Shown here one piece after another: positions 24,212 to 35,121 of a DNA stretch of 64,000 bases. The DNA is from Escherichia coli 042 (GTDB lineage Bacteria; Pseudomonadota; Gammaproteobacteria; Enterobacterales; Enterobacteriaceae). The notes beneath the pieces were generated by a model. That model had not been told where the DNA came from and searched no databases. It worked only from the letters and a program-made list of their open reading frames with translations. The translations under genes and the position numbers were made by a program. The DNA is taken from the NCBI RefSeq assembly GCF_000027125.1, contig NC_017626.1; one strand, given 5' to 3'. Every line of letters begins with the position of its first letter. Position 1 is the stretch's first letter.

Positions 24212-25615
24212 TCAGGAAGGAAATGCGAGTGATTTCACCGTCACCGGCACAACCGATCCGCCAAAAAGAGGCGTACCAATGTCGATATAGTCCCCCGCGC
24301 GGACAATCACTTCGTCAATGACTGCCAACGGGAGTTGCTGTAGCTGTGGGCGCAACAACATGCCCAGAGCTTTACCAAAGTCCTGCCCGGCCACCACCAG
24401 CAGGGGATGCGGATTCGGAAAACGCGCGACGAAATCGACCAGCGCGTTGATGACCGTCAGTACCGCGGCGTAACGCACAGGCAGCGAGGCGGGAAGCGCC
24501 AGCACGTACGCGTCAGTTTTGGGGCAAAGATCCAGCTGAATCAGCGCCTGTTGCCAGGCACTCACCAGATCCGTTTCATCAATTGGGATCGCCACCGGCA
24601 AATTGCGCAGCGGCAGTTGTACGCCCTCCAGCCAGATTGTGCTGCCAGAGAGCGAAAGGGTATGTGCACCCGCGCCAATCACCGTGGCACGTACGGTTTG
24701 CGCTGGAAACTGCACGTTCATCTCACGCAGGCGCGGATGGTCATGCAGCGCCGTTGCCAGAAGCGGGCCGATATCGGCAAAACAGAACGGATCGGCGGGC
24801 TGGTGGCGATAACATTCGCCCACGCCGCCAGAAAGCGTAATGATTTCGGGCGTAACACCTGCGGGCAGCAAACCGGTTTGCATCAATGCCTGCGCGAGCG
24901 GCGAGAGCGTTCCGTCGATCACTTCGACAATCAGCTCTGCCATCCGGCGGGTAACCTGCACCAGCTGCGCGCCGGTCAGCGAACGGGCGTCAGTGCCAGC
25001 ACCGAAGCACTCATCCACAATCATCTGCCCCGGTTTATGAGCGTAAACCACGCGCCCCTGGCTGTCGGTTTCCAGCAGGCGACCGCCGACGTTGAGGCAG
25101 GCGGTGCCGCTGATTTTTCCGGCATCGAACAGGGCGTAGTTCGCGGTGCCACCGCCGATATCGATATTCAGTACCCGACACAACCGTTGTTCAGAAAGGG
25201 TTTGCGCCCCGGCACCGTGACCGGCGATCACGGATTCGAGATGCGGCCCGGCGCTGGCGACGACAAAATCGCCCAGCGATTGGGAGAGCGTCATCACCGC
25301 CGGGCGAGCATTGCGGGTTTTCGCGCTTTCACCGGTGATGATGATGGCACCAGAATCAACGCTTTCCGGCGCAATGCCCGCAGCCTGGTATTGCTCGAGG
25401 ATTAAGGTTTTCAGTTCCGCTTCTTTTAAACCACCCTGTTTATCGACAGGGGTAAAGAACACCGGGCTTTGCCAGCTAATTTCGCGTTTGATGAATTCGT
25501 AGCGCGGCACCTGCGACACCGCCGCACGGTTAACCAGCTCCAGGTGGGAGAAGATCACCTGGGTGGTGGTGGTGCCGATATCGATACCGACGCTCAGTAG
25601 CTGGCGAGTGTTCAC
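24212..25615 (-). CDS. eutA: Ethanolamine ammonia-lyase reactivating factor
   Basis: 467-aa ORF with ASKHA/actin-like ATPase features; directly upstream of eutB. Confidence 0.95.
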   Translation of the reverse strand: MNTRQLLSVGIDIGTTTTQVIFSHLELVNRAAVSQVPRYEFIKREISWQSPVFFTPVDKQGGLKEAELKTLILEQYQAAGIAPESVDSGAIIITGESAKTRNARPAVMTLSQSLGDFVVASAGPHLESVIAGHGAGAQTLSEQRLCRVLNIDIGGGTANYALFDAGKISGTACLNVGGRLLETDSQGRVVYAHKPGQMIVDECFGAGTDARSLTGAQLVQVTRRMAELIVEVIDGTLSPLAQALMQTGLLPAGVTPEIITLSGGVGECYRHQPADPFCFADIGPLLATALHDHPRLREMNVQFPAQTVRATVIGAGAHTLSLSGSTIWLEGVQLPLRNLPVAIPIDETDLVSAWQQALIQLDLCPKTDAYVLALPASLPVRYAAVLTVINALVDFVARFPNPHPLLVVAGQDFGKALGMLLRPQLQQLPLAVIDEVIVRAGDYIDIGTPLFGGSVVPVTVKSLAFPS

Positions 25616-26838
25616 GATTGTGCCTCCGCTTCGGTTTTAGCCGCGGTCGCGTCTTCTTTTGGCACCAGCATCATCGCCACGCCAATCGCCGTTACGCCGC
25701 CGATCAATTTGCCGACAATCATCGGGAAAATCATGGCGTTCATGTTGGCAGCGGCGAAGCCTAAGTGGTCGCCCAGGGCGAAAGCAGCGGAAACGGCGAA
25801 GGCGCAGTTGATGACTTTGCCGCGGGTATCCATCTGCTTCATCATGCCGAACATCGGGATGTTGTTAGCAAGCGTTGCCACCATGCCAGCTGCCGCGATG
25901 TTGTTCATATTCAGCACTTTACCGACGCTCATCAGCGGTTTTTCAAACCAGCGGGTCAGCAGCAGCACCATCGGGTACGCCCCTAACAGAACGCAGGAGA
26001 TAGAACCGATAACTTCAATGGCGCGCATCACTTCACCGGGTTTGTCGCCAGGGGCCATAAAGATAGGATCCAGACCGGGGATCAGTTCCCAGCCAAGGAG
26101 GAATTTCACTACCGCGGCAGCAAGACCGAGGGTGATCAATGCAACGAGGAATTTGGCGAAGATCTGGAAGCCGTTGATCATTTTTTCCGGGATGAATTTC
26201 AGCCCCAGCGCCACCAGCACCGCAACGATAAGTACCGGGATCATGTTCATCAGGATCAGCGCAAAGGTGAATTCCACCGGCTGACCGTTGATCTGCACAC
26301 CGGAGTACATAGCAACCAGACCACCAGCAATACAGCCAATCGGAATGGTCACAATGCCCGCCAGCACGCCGAGCGCCAGATAACGACGGTCAGAAGGTTC
26401 GATAATGCCGAGCGCCACCGGAATGGAAAACACAATCGTTGGCCCCATCATCGACCCGAGAATTAACCCAGAGTATAGCCACGCTGCTACGTCGCCGCCC
26501 GCCAGCTCTTTGGCGAGGAAGAACCCGCCCATATCGCACGCCAGCAGTGTTCCGGCGAACATCGATGGGTTTGCGCCGAGCATTTCGTAAACCGGGATAA
26601 TCACCGGTCCGAGTACGTGGGCCAGAACAGGTGCCAGCGCGGTCATACCAACCATCGCCAGGCCCAGTGCGCCCATCGCCATAAAGCCTTCTTCAAACTG
26701 CCCGCCGGATCCTTCGATACTTTTACCGAACTTACCGAGGAAACGAGCAGAACCGCCGAACTGCGACAGGATCCTGTCTACGGCAGCTATCAGCATAAAG
26801 AACATCATGATGTACATGATGATTTCGTTAATTCCCAT
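25612..26838 (-). CDS. eutH: Ethanolamine permease/facilitator
   Basis: 408-aa polytopic membrane ORF; 4-bp overlap with the eutA start. Confidence 0.95.
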   Translation of the reverse strand: MGINEIIMYIMMFFMLIAAVDRILSQFGGSARFLGKFGKSIEGSGGQFEEGFMAMGALGLAMVGMTALAPVLAHVLGPVIIPVYEMLGANPSMFAGTLLACDMGGFFLAKELAGGDVAAWLYSGLILGSMMGPTIVFSIPVALGIIEPSDRRYLALGVLAGIVTIPIGCIAGGLVAMYSGVQINGQPVEFTFALILMNMIPVLIVAVLVALGLKFIPEKMINGFQIFAKFLVALITLGLAAAVVKFLLGWELIPGLDPIFMAPGDKPGEVMRAIEVIGSISCVLLGAYPMVLLLTRWFEKPLMSVGKVLNMNNIAAAGMVATLANNIPMFGMMKQMDTRGKVINCAFAVSAAFALGDHLGFAAANMNAMIFPMIVGKLIGGVTAIGVAMMLVPKEDATAAKTEAEAQS

Positions 26839-26868
26839 CGCCTTTACTCCCTGTTAGTTGTTATTTAT

Positions 26869-27352
<484 letters not shown>

Positions 27353-27353
27353 T

Positions 27354-28541
27354 TTATTGTGCCGCTGCGTACAGGCCGACAATCTGCTCCAGGCTGGCGG
27401 TACGCGGGTTGCTGCGCAGACAAATATCTTCCAGCGCGGCCTGCGCCCATGCGCCGTAATGTCCGGTGGTTGCGCCCACGTCTGCCAGCCGCTTGTTGAT
27501 CCCGACTTCCGCAATCAGCTCACTTACCGCGTTAATAGCGTCACGATCGTCGGATTTTTTAGTTCGCAGCGCCCGACCAATCTGACTAAAGCGTTCACGA
27601 CAAACCATCCGGTTAAATTCCATCACCGTTGGCAGCAACATGGCGTTCGCCAGACCGTGCGGAATATGCAGCGCCGCCCCCGTTTGATGCGCCATCGCGT
27701 GGCATATCCCAAGCCCCGCACTGGAAAACGCCATTCCCGCCATGCATGAAGCCAGCAACATACTCTCGCGCGCGGCAAGGTCGTGACCGTAGCCCACCGC
27801 TTTCGGCAGTGATTTACCAATCATCGCGATTGCGCCAATCGCCAGGCTGTCGGTAAACGGTGTAGCGTTCAGCGCGCTGTACGCTTCAATGGCATGGGTT
27901 AACGCATCAATGCCAGTCATCGCCGTGACATGCGACGGCACGCCTTCGGTCAGCGCGGCGTCGAGGATCGCCACATCCGGCATCAACGAGGCATGTGCTA
28001 ACACCTGCTTGCGCCCGCTCACCGCGTCGATAATCACCGTTACGTTGGTGGTTTCAGAACCGGTTCCGGCAGTAGTTGGAATGGCAATCAGCGGCAGGCG
28101 CGGTTGCAGAACGCTGGTTTCTGACATTTCTGCCAGCGTGCTATCCGGGTTCGTCACCAGTAGTGCCACCGCTTTCGCCGCATCCAGCACCGAGCCGCCG
28201 CCAAACGCAATCACCCCATCGCACCCCGATTCACGCAACTGCGCCACGGCTGCACACACGTCGGTGATGCACGGTTCGCCCACCGGACATGACCAGAGCG
28301 TCATGGCGATACCTTTAACGGCCAGGCTACGCGTCAGCCCGGCGGTCATCCCTGCCTGATGCAAAAAGCTGTCTGCCATCACGAACAGATGTTTCAGCCC
28401 ACGCGTTTGCGCTTGCTGTCCGCAACTGCTCACCGCGCCCGGACCGCAAAGCGTCACCGGTGGAACGCTAAATGTTTTTACCCGTTGCAGATTCAGGGTA
28501 TCGAACGCCTGAAAGAGCGCGGTCTGCAATTCATTTTGCAT
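27354..28541 (-). CDS. eutG: Iron-containing alcohol dehydrogenase of the eut pathway
   Basis: 395-aa ORF with Fe-ADH family features. Confidence 0.95.
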   Translation of the reverse strand: MQNELQTALFQAFDTLNLQRVKTFSVPPVTLCGPGAVSSCGQQAQTRGLKHLFVMADSFLHQAGMTAGLTRSLAVKGIAMTLWSCPVGEPCITDVCAAVAQLRESGCDGVIAFGGGSVLDAAKAVALLVTNPDSTLAEMSETSVLQPRLPLIAIPTTAGTGSETTNVTVIIDAVSGRKQVLAHASLMPDVAILDAALTEGVPSHVTAMTGIDALTHAIEAYSALNATPFTDSLAIGAIAMIGKSLPKAVGYGHDLAARESMLLASCMAGMAFSSAGLGICHAMAHQTGAALHIPHGLANAMLLPTVMEFNRMVCRERFSQIGRALRTKKSDDRDAINAVSELIAEVGINKRLADVGATTGHYGAWAQAALEDICLRSNPRTASLEQIVGLYAAAQ

Positions 28542-29367
28542 AGATCCCCTCCGCTTTCTCTCGCCCGCTACTGGCGATCGCCAGCGGGGTCATAAACAAA
28601 CTGTGCTGCGGTAGATGCACCTGTAACGCCGGGAATTGTTTGCAAAACAGTTCCGCTACGCCCGGTTGCATACAGGAGCCGCCCGCCAGCCATAAATCAG
28701 TAATGCCCTGCCCTTCAATATGCCGGGCGACAATGTCCGCCATTTTTTCGTACACCGGTTTCACCGCAGGCCAAATCTCTTCACCGTGACCGCGCTTGTA
28801 CTGCTCCGCCTCTTCCAGCGAAATACGGCGATTTCCGGCGAGAGTCAGAGAGATGTGATGTCCGCCAGTGGCTTCATCCGCCGAGTACGTCACCTTGCCC
28901 TTTTTCACGATGGCAATGCCGGTGGTGCCGCCGCCGATATCCACTACGCCTGCGTTGTCCAGTTGCAGCAGATCCGCGACTGCGGTTGGCTCATCCAGCA
29001 CATGGCTCACTTCCAGTCCAGCAGACTCCAGCACGTTGATGGAAATACGCGGGTCCGTACCTGGAGGAAATGAGGTCGCCGCATGGCTAAAACGGCGACC
29101 GAATTGCTGCTCAAGAGTGTCGAGATGGCGACGAACAATGGTGACCGCACCGAAGAAATCCCAGACGATGCCGTCGCGGACCACATCGGCCCAGTCGAGA
29201 CATACCGCCACCGGCTGACCGTCGCAGTCGACAACCATCGACACCACATCGCAGGTGCCCAGATCCACCCCCAGCCACAGCGGAGATTCCGTTGCGGCAG
29301 GTGTCTGGTTACACAGCGTTGCCGCCGTTTGCAGACGCGGGGTGAGCCATTGTTCGTCGTGCGCCAT
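28531..29367 (-). CDS. eutJ: Ethanolamine utilisation chaperone-like protein (Hsp70/actin fold)
   Basis: 278-aa ORF; overlaps the eutG start by 11 bp. Confidence 0.93.
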   Translation of the reverse strand: MAHDEQWLTPRLQTAATLCNQTPAATESPLWLGVDLGTCDVVSMVVDCDGQPVAVCLDWADVVRDGIVWDFFGAVTIVRRHLDTLEQQFGRRFSHAATSFPPGTDPRISINVLESAGLEVSHVLDEPTAVADLLQLDNAGVVDIGGGTTGIAIVKKGKVTYSADEATGGHHISLTLAGNRRISLEEAEQYKRGHGEEIWPAVKPVYEKMADIVARHIEGQGITDLWLAGGSCMQPGVAELFCKQFPALQVHLPQHSLFMTPLAIASSGREKAEGIYAK

Positions 29368-29377
29368 CGGTTACTCC

Positions 29378-30781
29378 TTAAACAATGCGAAACGCATCAA
29401 CTAATACACAGCGACGCAGACGGACAAACGTACGCGCGCTGGTTACCCCTTCACCGGTTGGCGTGGTGATGGTCATGGTGGTCCAGCCTTCCCCGCCCAG
29501 CCCCAGCCCGGCAATGCACGGTCCGTTCTTAACGAAAATGCTGGTATCAATGGCGTTCGCCATCTGGTTCATGTTCTCGATGTTGCGCGAGTGCATTGCC
29601 GCCGTGTGATGGCAACCGCCTTCCAGTTTCACCGCCAGCGCAATGGCATCCGCCACGTTGGCGACGCGCACGACGGGCAGCACCGGCATCATCAGTTCGG
29701 TCACGGCAAACGGATGTTCTGCAGTGGTTTCCACAAACAGCAAACGCGTTTCTTGCGGCACGTTCAGGCCGATTGCCGCCGCGATTTTCGCCGCATCGCG
29801 ACCTACCCAGTCACGGCTGACGGTGCCTTTTCCGCGCTCGTCGATATTTTTCAGCAACACCGGTTGCAGCTGCTGCGCCTGTTCTGCGGTCAGTTTCACC
29901 GCGTGCTGGCCTTCCATCAGACGCATCAGTTCATCGGCTACGCTATCAACAACAATCAGTACCTTTTCGTCGGCACAAATGATGTTGTTATCGAAAGAAG
30001 CGCCTTTGACGATGGACTGAGCGGCACGGGCGAGGTCGGCGGTTTCATCCACCACTACCGGCGGGTTGCCAGCGCCTGCGGCAATCAGACGTTTATTGGT
30101 GTGTTTACGCGCCGCTTCTACTACCGCTTCGCCGCCCGTCACCACCAAAAGGCCGATGCCCGGAAACTTGAATAAGCGTTGCGCGGTTTCGATATCCGGA
30201 TTTGCCACAGTAACCAGTAAGTTTTCCGGCCCGCCTGCGGCAACAATCGCCTGGTTGAGCAGCGTGATCGCCCGCTGGGAGACTTTTTTCGCCGCCGGAT
30301 GCGGGGCAAAAATGACGCTGTTGCCCGCGGCAATCAGGCTGATGGCGTTGTTAATTACGGTTGCCGCCGGGTTAGTGGAAGGCGTCACCGAAGCCACCAC
30401 GCCCCAGGGCGCGTTTTCAATTAAAGTCAGGCCGTTGTCGCCGGTCAGCACCTGTGGTGAGAGGCACTCAACGCCTGGTGTGCCGCACGCCTGAGCGACG
30501 TTTTTGGCAAATTTATCTTCGACGCGGCCCATGCCGGTTTCACTGACGGCAAGTTCCGCTAAATCTCTGGCGTGTTTTTCGCCTGCCTCACGAATGGCAG
30601 CAATGGCTAACTGGCGCATTGCCACGCTTTTTAACCCTTGCTGGGCAATTTTGGCTGCCGCAACGGCGTCATCCAGGGACGCGAAAACGCCCATCTCATG
30701 AACGGCGGCGGGCGGCGTATCACTGCTTTGCATTTTCAGCAGTACCGCTTTCACCACCTGTTCAATATCCTGTTGATTCAT
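29378..30781 (-). CDS. eutE: CoA-acylating acetaldehyde dehydrogenase
   Basis: 467-aa aldehyde-dehydrogenase-family ORF. Confidence 0.95.
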   Translation of the reverse strand: MNQQDIEQVVKAVLLKMQSSDTPPAAVHEMGVFASLDDAVAAAKIAQQGLKSVAMRQLAIAAIREAGEKHARDLAELAVSETGMGRVEDKFAKNVAQACGTPGVECLSPQVLTGDNGLTLIENAPWGVVASVTPSTNPAATVINNAISLIAAGNSVIFAPHPAAKKVSQRAITLLNQAIVAAGGPENLLVTVANPDIETAQRLFKFPGIGLLVVTGGEAVVEAARKHTNKRLIAAGAGNPPVVVDETADLARAAQSIVKGASFDNNIICADEKVLIVVDSVADELMRLMEGQHAVKLTAEQAQQLQPVLLKNIDERGKGTVSRDWVGRDAAKIAAAIGLNVPQETRLLFVETTAEHPFAVTELMMPVLPVVRVANVADAIALAVKLEGGCHHTAAMHSRNIENMNQMANAIDTSIFVKNGPCIAGLGLGGEGWTTMTITTPTGEGVTSARTFVRLRRCVLVDAFRIV

Positions 30782-30792
30782 GATGTTCTGCC

Positions 30793-31080
30793 TTATTTGT
30801 GGAAAATTACCTGACCGCCAGACACCACCTCATCGACGATGCCAATCACGCACAGATCGACCGGTGACGTTTCGCTTTTATGCGCCTGGCGGGCGGAACT
30901 GCCACTCACCAGCAACACCCACTCCCCGGTTCCCGCGCCAATATTGTCGATTGCGACGGCGCATTGCCCGTCAGGATTACCTTGTGGATCAATCATTTCC
31001 ACCATCAGCAATTTGTCATGCGCCAGTCCGTGATGGCGTACGGTACAAACAATTTGTCCAGTGACGACTGCCAGTTTCAT
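30793..31080 (-). CDS. eutN: Microcompartment vertex (pentamer) protein EutN
   Basis: 95-aa ORF MKLAVVTGQIVCTVRHHGL...; EutN/CcmL family. Confidence 0.93.
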   Translation of the reverse strand: MKLAVVTGQIVCTVRHHGLAHDKLLMVEMIDPQGNPDGQCAVAIDNIGAGTGEWVLLVSGSSARQAHKSETSPVDLCVIGIVDEVVSGGQVIFHK

Positions 31081-31186
31081 ACCCGCCTCCGTGGCGTATT
31101 TCAGGTAAAAGCTCCCCCTACCCTCCGCGGAAGGTAAACTGAAAAATGAGAGAGCGTGACGCCCGAATCGACGTCACACAGGGTGA

Positions 31187-31480
31187 TTACAGGTTGCTGC
31201 TATCGCCTTTCAGGCCGATCGGGAAGACTTCTTCCAGGTCGCCGTGCGGACGCGGGATAACGTGTACAGATACCAGCTCGCCGATACGCTGTGCCGCTGC
31301 AGCACCTGCGTCGGTCGCGGCTTTACAGGCTGCAACATCACCACGAACCATGGCAGTACACAGGCCGCCGCCAATCTGCTTAACACCAACCAGCTTGACG
31401 CGCGCAGCTTTCACCATCGCGTCAGAAGCCTCAATCAGTGCAACCAGGCCCCGGGTTTCGATCATTCCTAATGCTTCCAT
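31187..31480 (-). CDS. eutM: Major microcompartment shell protein EutM (BMC domain)
   Basis: Track ORF carries a 14-codon extension; the BMC sequence [28 protein letters not shown]... is 97 aa with RBS. Confidence 0.93.
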   Translation of the reverse strand: MEALGMIETRGLVALIEASDAMVKAARVKLVGVKQIGGGLCTAMVRGDVAACKAATDAGAAAAQRIGELVSVHVIPRPHGDLEEVFPIGLKGDSSNL

Positions 31481-31518
31481 TGTGCTTTCCTCTTTATCAG
31501 GGTCCAGAACGGGACCGT

Positions 31519-32535
31519 TCATTCAACCAGTGTTTGTAAACTGCTTTCGCGGTTCACTTCTGTCTGACGCGGCACAGCTGCCACCAGCGCCAGTTCGATA
31601 ATTTCCTGCACGCTACAACCACGAGAGAGATCGTGCATCGGCGCGGCAAGTCCTTGTATCAATGGCCCGACGGCACGATATCCGCCGAGTCGTTGTGCGA
31701 TTTTGTAGCCAATATTTCCGGCTTCCAGCGACGGAAAAACCATCACATTGGCCTTGCCTTGTAGCGGGCTGGCAGGCGCTTTTTGCGCCGCCACTTCCGG
31801 CACGAAGGCGGCGTCAAACTGCAACTCGCCATCGACTACCAACTGCGGCGCGCGCTCACGGACGATTTCTGTCGCCTGCTGGACATTGGCAACGCAGGGG
31901 TGACGGGCGCTGCCGTTACTGGAAAACGACAACATCGCCACGCGCGGCTCTTCTCCGGTGATGGCGCGCCAGGTTTCGGCGCTGGCAAGCGCGATATCCG
32001 CCAACTGCGCCGCCGTCGGCTGTGGCACTACGCTGCAATCGGCAAAGCCCAATGCGGGGCCACTGTACTGTGGCAGCATCAGGAAAATGGAGGAGAGCGT
32101 TTTACAGCCTGGCTGTAAGCCAATAATGCGTAATCCGGCACGCAGCACATTCGCCGTGGAAGAGAGATTGCCCGCGATACAGACATCCGCTGTCCCGGCG
32201 CTGACCATTGCGGCAGCGAACATCAGCGGATCGGTGAGTTTTTCCAGCGCATCCGGCGGCGTTTTTTCGCCCGCACGGGCCAGCCAGCGATGAGCAAATT
32301 CTTCCCGCATTGCGAGGTTGCCATGCGGATCTATCACCTGTAGCCCGTCCATCGCTACGCCATGACTGAGCGCAAACTGACGAAGTTCAAACGGATTGGC
32401 GACCAGAATGGGCGTTGCCAGACCTTGTTGATGTAAATATTGCGCAGCTTTCAGCACACGTTGGTCTAACGCATCCGGAAATACCACTCTGGCGGGCGCT
32501 CGCAACGCCAGTTCACGACAACGTTCAATAATCAT
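31519..32535 (-). CDS. eutD: Phosphotransacetylase of the eut pathway
   Basis: 338-aa PTA-family ORF. Confidence 0.95.
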   Translation of the reverse strand: MIIERCRELALRAPARVVFPDALDQRVLKAAQYLHQQGLATPILVANPFELRQFALSHGVAMDGLQVIDPHGNLAMREEFAHRWLARAGEKTPPDALEKLTDPLMFAAAMVSAGTADVCIAGNLSSTANVLRAGLRIIGLQPGCKTLSSIFLMLPQYSGPALGFADCSVVPQPTAAQLADIALASAETWRAITGEEPRVAMLSFSSNGSARHPCVANVQQATEIVRERAPQLVVDGELQFDAAFVPEVAAQKAPASPLQGKANVMVFPSLEAGNIGYKIAQRLGGYRAVGPLIQGLAAPMHDLSRGCSVQEIIELALVAAVPRQTEVNRESSLQTLVE

Positions 32536-33329
32536 TGCGTTTCTCCCAGTCGTTGTTGGATCTGCTTCACCGTTAGCGGTTGTTTCGCTACGCTCAGGAT
32601 CATCATCACGTAAACCGTGCTGGAAAGGCGATTTAGCGCCTGCAAGATGTCCGGGCGTAATACTTCAAAACTGCGGGTGATAAAGACCTGCGCCGCTACG
32701 GTTTCACGCACTTTGGTGCGTAGCAGATTGAGCAACGCCGCATCGCGTCCGTGGCTGGCTTCCGGCACCAGATGATCGTGACCAAGATAGCGCAGCGGCT
32801 GGTGAGAAAGCCGATGCAGATCTTCGTCAGAAAGCCCGACAATCGCCTGGCAGGCCAGCGGTTCCCCCAGCGCATCAGCGCGCATAATGTTGCCAAGACG
32901 CGAGCGGATGTCCGCAAGCCATGGCTGCCACGGTTCTGCCAGTTCAATTTGCAGCCACACTGCCAGCGCAATGGTGCTGTCGAGAACAGCGCGAAAACCC
33001 AGGCGCGGATCGCTTTTGGCGACCATTTTTTCCGCCGACAGGTGAGTCAGCGTATCCGGCTTTTTTGCTACCGGCTGGCGGCACAGTTCGCAGCACGCCT
33101 GCGGATGTTCATCGCTACTGGTCAGCCCATGAACGGGCTGCGGCTGCTGCTGTTCATCGTCAACAAACAGGCGGCCCTGCTCGTCAATAAACTTGATGCG
33201 CAGATGGCGGCTTTCCAGCAACTCCCGGGCAGAGGGCGTCAGGCGACTGTCCGCAGGGAGATGGATCTCTGCGCCTTCGCTGAGCGTATGGTTCGCTCTT
33301 AGCCATGCTTCGGTGATGAAATCTTTCAT
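32532..33329 (-). CDS. eutT: EutT-type corrinoid (cobalamin) adenosyltransferase
   Basis: 265-aa ORF with a cysteine-rich HPQACCELC motif; 4-bp overlaps with both neighbours. Confidence 0.92.
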   Translation of the reverse strand: MKDFITEAWLRANHTLSEGAEIHLPADSRLTPSARELLESRHLRIKFIDEQGRLFVDDEQQQPQPVHGLTSSDEHPQACCELCRQPVAKKPDTLTHLSAEKMVAKSDPRLGFRAVLDSTIALAVWLQIELAEPWQPWLADIRSRLGNIMRADALGEPLACQAIVGLSDEDLHRLSHQPLRYLGHDHLVPEASHGRDAALLNLLRTKVRETVAAQVFITRSFEVLRPDILQALNRLSSTVYVMMILSVAKQPLTVKQIQQRLGETQ

Positions 33330-34027
33330 AGGGATTGCCAGTTAGCCGGCCAGGCGACATACAGGAATTTCACGCTGGATGTCGTACCAAATTCGATGCT
33401 GGAGCCTTTCGGGATAAACATCACGTCGCCTGCTTTGGCGATCATGGTTTCGCCTTCGTGGCGAACATGCAGCTCCCCTTCCAGCACCATGTCGATTTCG
33501 TCGTAGTTCAGGGTCCACGGGAAGAATGCGTTCTCCCACTGCATAAAACCGGCGGCCATGCTGCTGCCGTCGTCTCCGGTCACAAGATCAGTCAAGCCCA
33601 CGCAATGCGGCTCTGCGCCGTCGAAACGACCAAACTTGACGCTGCTGCCATCAATAACTTTGATGCCGCCTTTGCCGGTCACCGATTTGAAACTCGGCTG
33701 CATTGCACCCTGCTCCAGCGACAGTTTTTCCTTCATCACTTTTTCCATCAGCTGCGCGACCAGGCTTTCGGTAAACTGGCCTTCCGGTAGCTGGGCGATG
33801 ATGGTTTCGCGGATGCGCTGACTTTCGGTTTTATCGGCTGGCACGCTGGCGGGAACGGACGTCGTTACCGCAGTCGATTCATCACATTCGGTGATGGTAA
33901 AACCCAGTAGATCTGCCACTTCACGGGCTTCCGGGGTAATAATGCTGGCGCGCAGAACCACGGACATTGCCTGTTCGCCGCGCGCGTGTGCTTCACGAAT
34001 ATCATTCGCTGTGATGAGTTTTTTCAC
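33326..34027 (-). CDS. eutQ: Cupin-fold ethanolamine utilisation protein EutQ
   Basis: 233-aa ORF MKKLITANDIREAHARGEQAMSV.... Confidence 0.92.
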   Translation of the reverse strand: MKKLITANDIREAHARGEQAMSVVLRASIITPEAREVADLLGFTITECDESTAVTTSVPASVPADKTESQRIRETIIAQLPEGQFTESLVAQLMEKVMKEKLSLEQGAMQPSFKSVTGKGGIKVIDGSSVKFGRFDGAEPHCVGLTDLVTGDDGSSMAAGFMQWENAFFPWTLNYDEIDMVLEGELHVRHEGETMIAKAGDVMFIPKGSSIEFGTTSSVKFLYVAWPANWQSL

Positions 34028-34481
34028 CTGCTTCCTCCTGTTTGGTGAGAGATGCCAGATAATCCACCAGTTGCTGCACGCTTTGCGGGTCGTGGCTGTT
34101 TAGCTCGAAAATCGGCTCTTCGAAGCCCGTCTCAAGCAATAACTTTCGCGTTGCGGCGACGTCAGCATCTGGCATGTCCGTTTTACTGATGACGGCGATT
34201 TGCCGTTTGCTGACGCCAATATCCAGCAACCCGGCAGGCAATCGGCTTTCCGGGTCATTCGCGCCGTGGACATAGATCAGCATGTCCACATCCTGTAGCG
34301 TGGTAATTAAGGCGTGATACCAGCGGGGGTGGCTAAAATATTCACCCGGCGTATCAATATCACCCTTATCATTAAATTCTACGGCCTGCGTTTTTCTGGC
34401 GAGGGTATAATCTCCCTGCAACGCATTAAATAACGTTGTTTTTCCTGCCCCGACGGTACCCACAAACGCAATTCGTTTCAT
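34002..34481 (-). CDS. eutP: P-loop NTPase-like protein EutP
   Basis: 159-aa ORF with Walker A GTVGAGKTT; overlaps the eutQ start by 26 bp. Confidence 0.92.
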   Translation of the reverse strand: MKRIAFVGTVGAGKTTLFNALQGDYTLARKTQAVEFNDKGDIDTPGEYFSHPRWYHALITTLQDVDMLIYVHGANDPESRLPAGLLDIGVSKRQIAVISKTDMPDADVAATRKLLLETGFEEPIFELNSHDPQSVQQLVDYLASLTKQEEAGEKTHHSE

Positions 34482-34493
34482 GAATGCCTCGTA

Positions 34494-34829
34494 TTAACTT
34501 TTGGTCATTTCACAAAGCGTATAATTTAATAAACGCCCTAAACCGCTGACGGTTTGTGATAACGCTTCTTCTACTGCGCCCACCGAGCCATAAATCACCA
34601 GCGCGCCGCTAAAACGGTCGAGAAAACCGATATGCACATCGGCGGCTTTTAGTGCTAAATCACCGGCGATCATCGCCGTTTCGCCGGGAGTTAGCGTCAT
34701 AATGCCGATTGCGCCCGCATCAGGAACGCCGATTTTCTTCGCCAGTTCCTCGCCGGGATGCGCGATGAGATGCGCCAGTGTGACCTGTTTACCGGGCACA
34801 AATTCCTGAATGATGCGTTCTTTATCCAT
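34494..34829 (-). CDS. eutS: Microcompartment shell protein EutS (permuted BMC domain)
   Basis: Track ORF is extended; product from [25 protein letters not shown] is 111 aa; first gene of the operon. Confidence 0.9.
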
Positions 34830-35060
34830 GAGTCGCCGCCTGTGAAAAACTTTCGTGTATCGTGACAATTTTTCGTCAGAGTAAATAACAAAATTCGGCA
34901 AGCGCGTTTAAAAGGTGAGGTAGATCACTAAGAATGGAGAGATATTTACTGTTATGAATAAACTTTCATATGCGAGGCATGAATATAAATAAAATAATAT
35001 CGAGATATTTTATATACTGCTTTTTTTATTATTCGCAAACTCAGTAATAAGCTTTGCTAA
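34830..35060 (-). promoter_or_regulatory. AT-rich eut operon promoter/operator region upstream of eutS
   Basis: About 230 bp of strongly AT-rich sequence directly upstream of the first eut gene; the main eut promoter is expected here. No individual site assigned. Confidence 0.4.
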
Positions 35061-35076
35061 TATATTTCAGGAAAAC

Positions 35077-35104
35077 CGCTTACCCTGAATATTCAGGGTA
35101 AGCG
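35077..35104 (-). terminator. Rho-independent terminator downstream of maeB
   Basis: Palindrome cgcttaccctgaatattcagggtaagcg followed on the minus strand by a T-rich run, about 20 bp after the maeB stop. Confidence 0.55.
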
Positions 35105-35121
35105 TGAGAGTTAAGAATGAA

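Noticed and set aside
24407-25405. 332-aa plus-strand ORF antisense to eutA
   Set aside because: Embedded in and antisense to eutA; Arg/His-rich composition typical of a GC-rich antisense frame.
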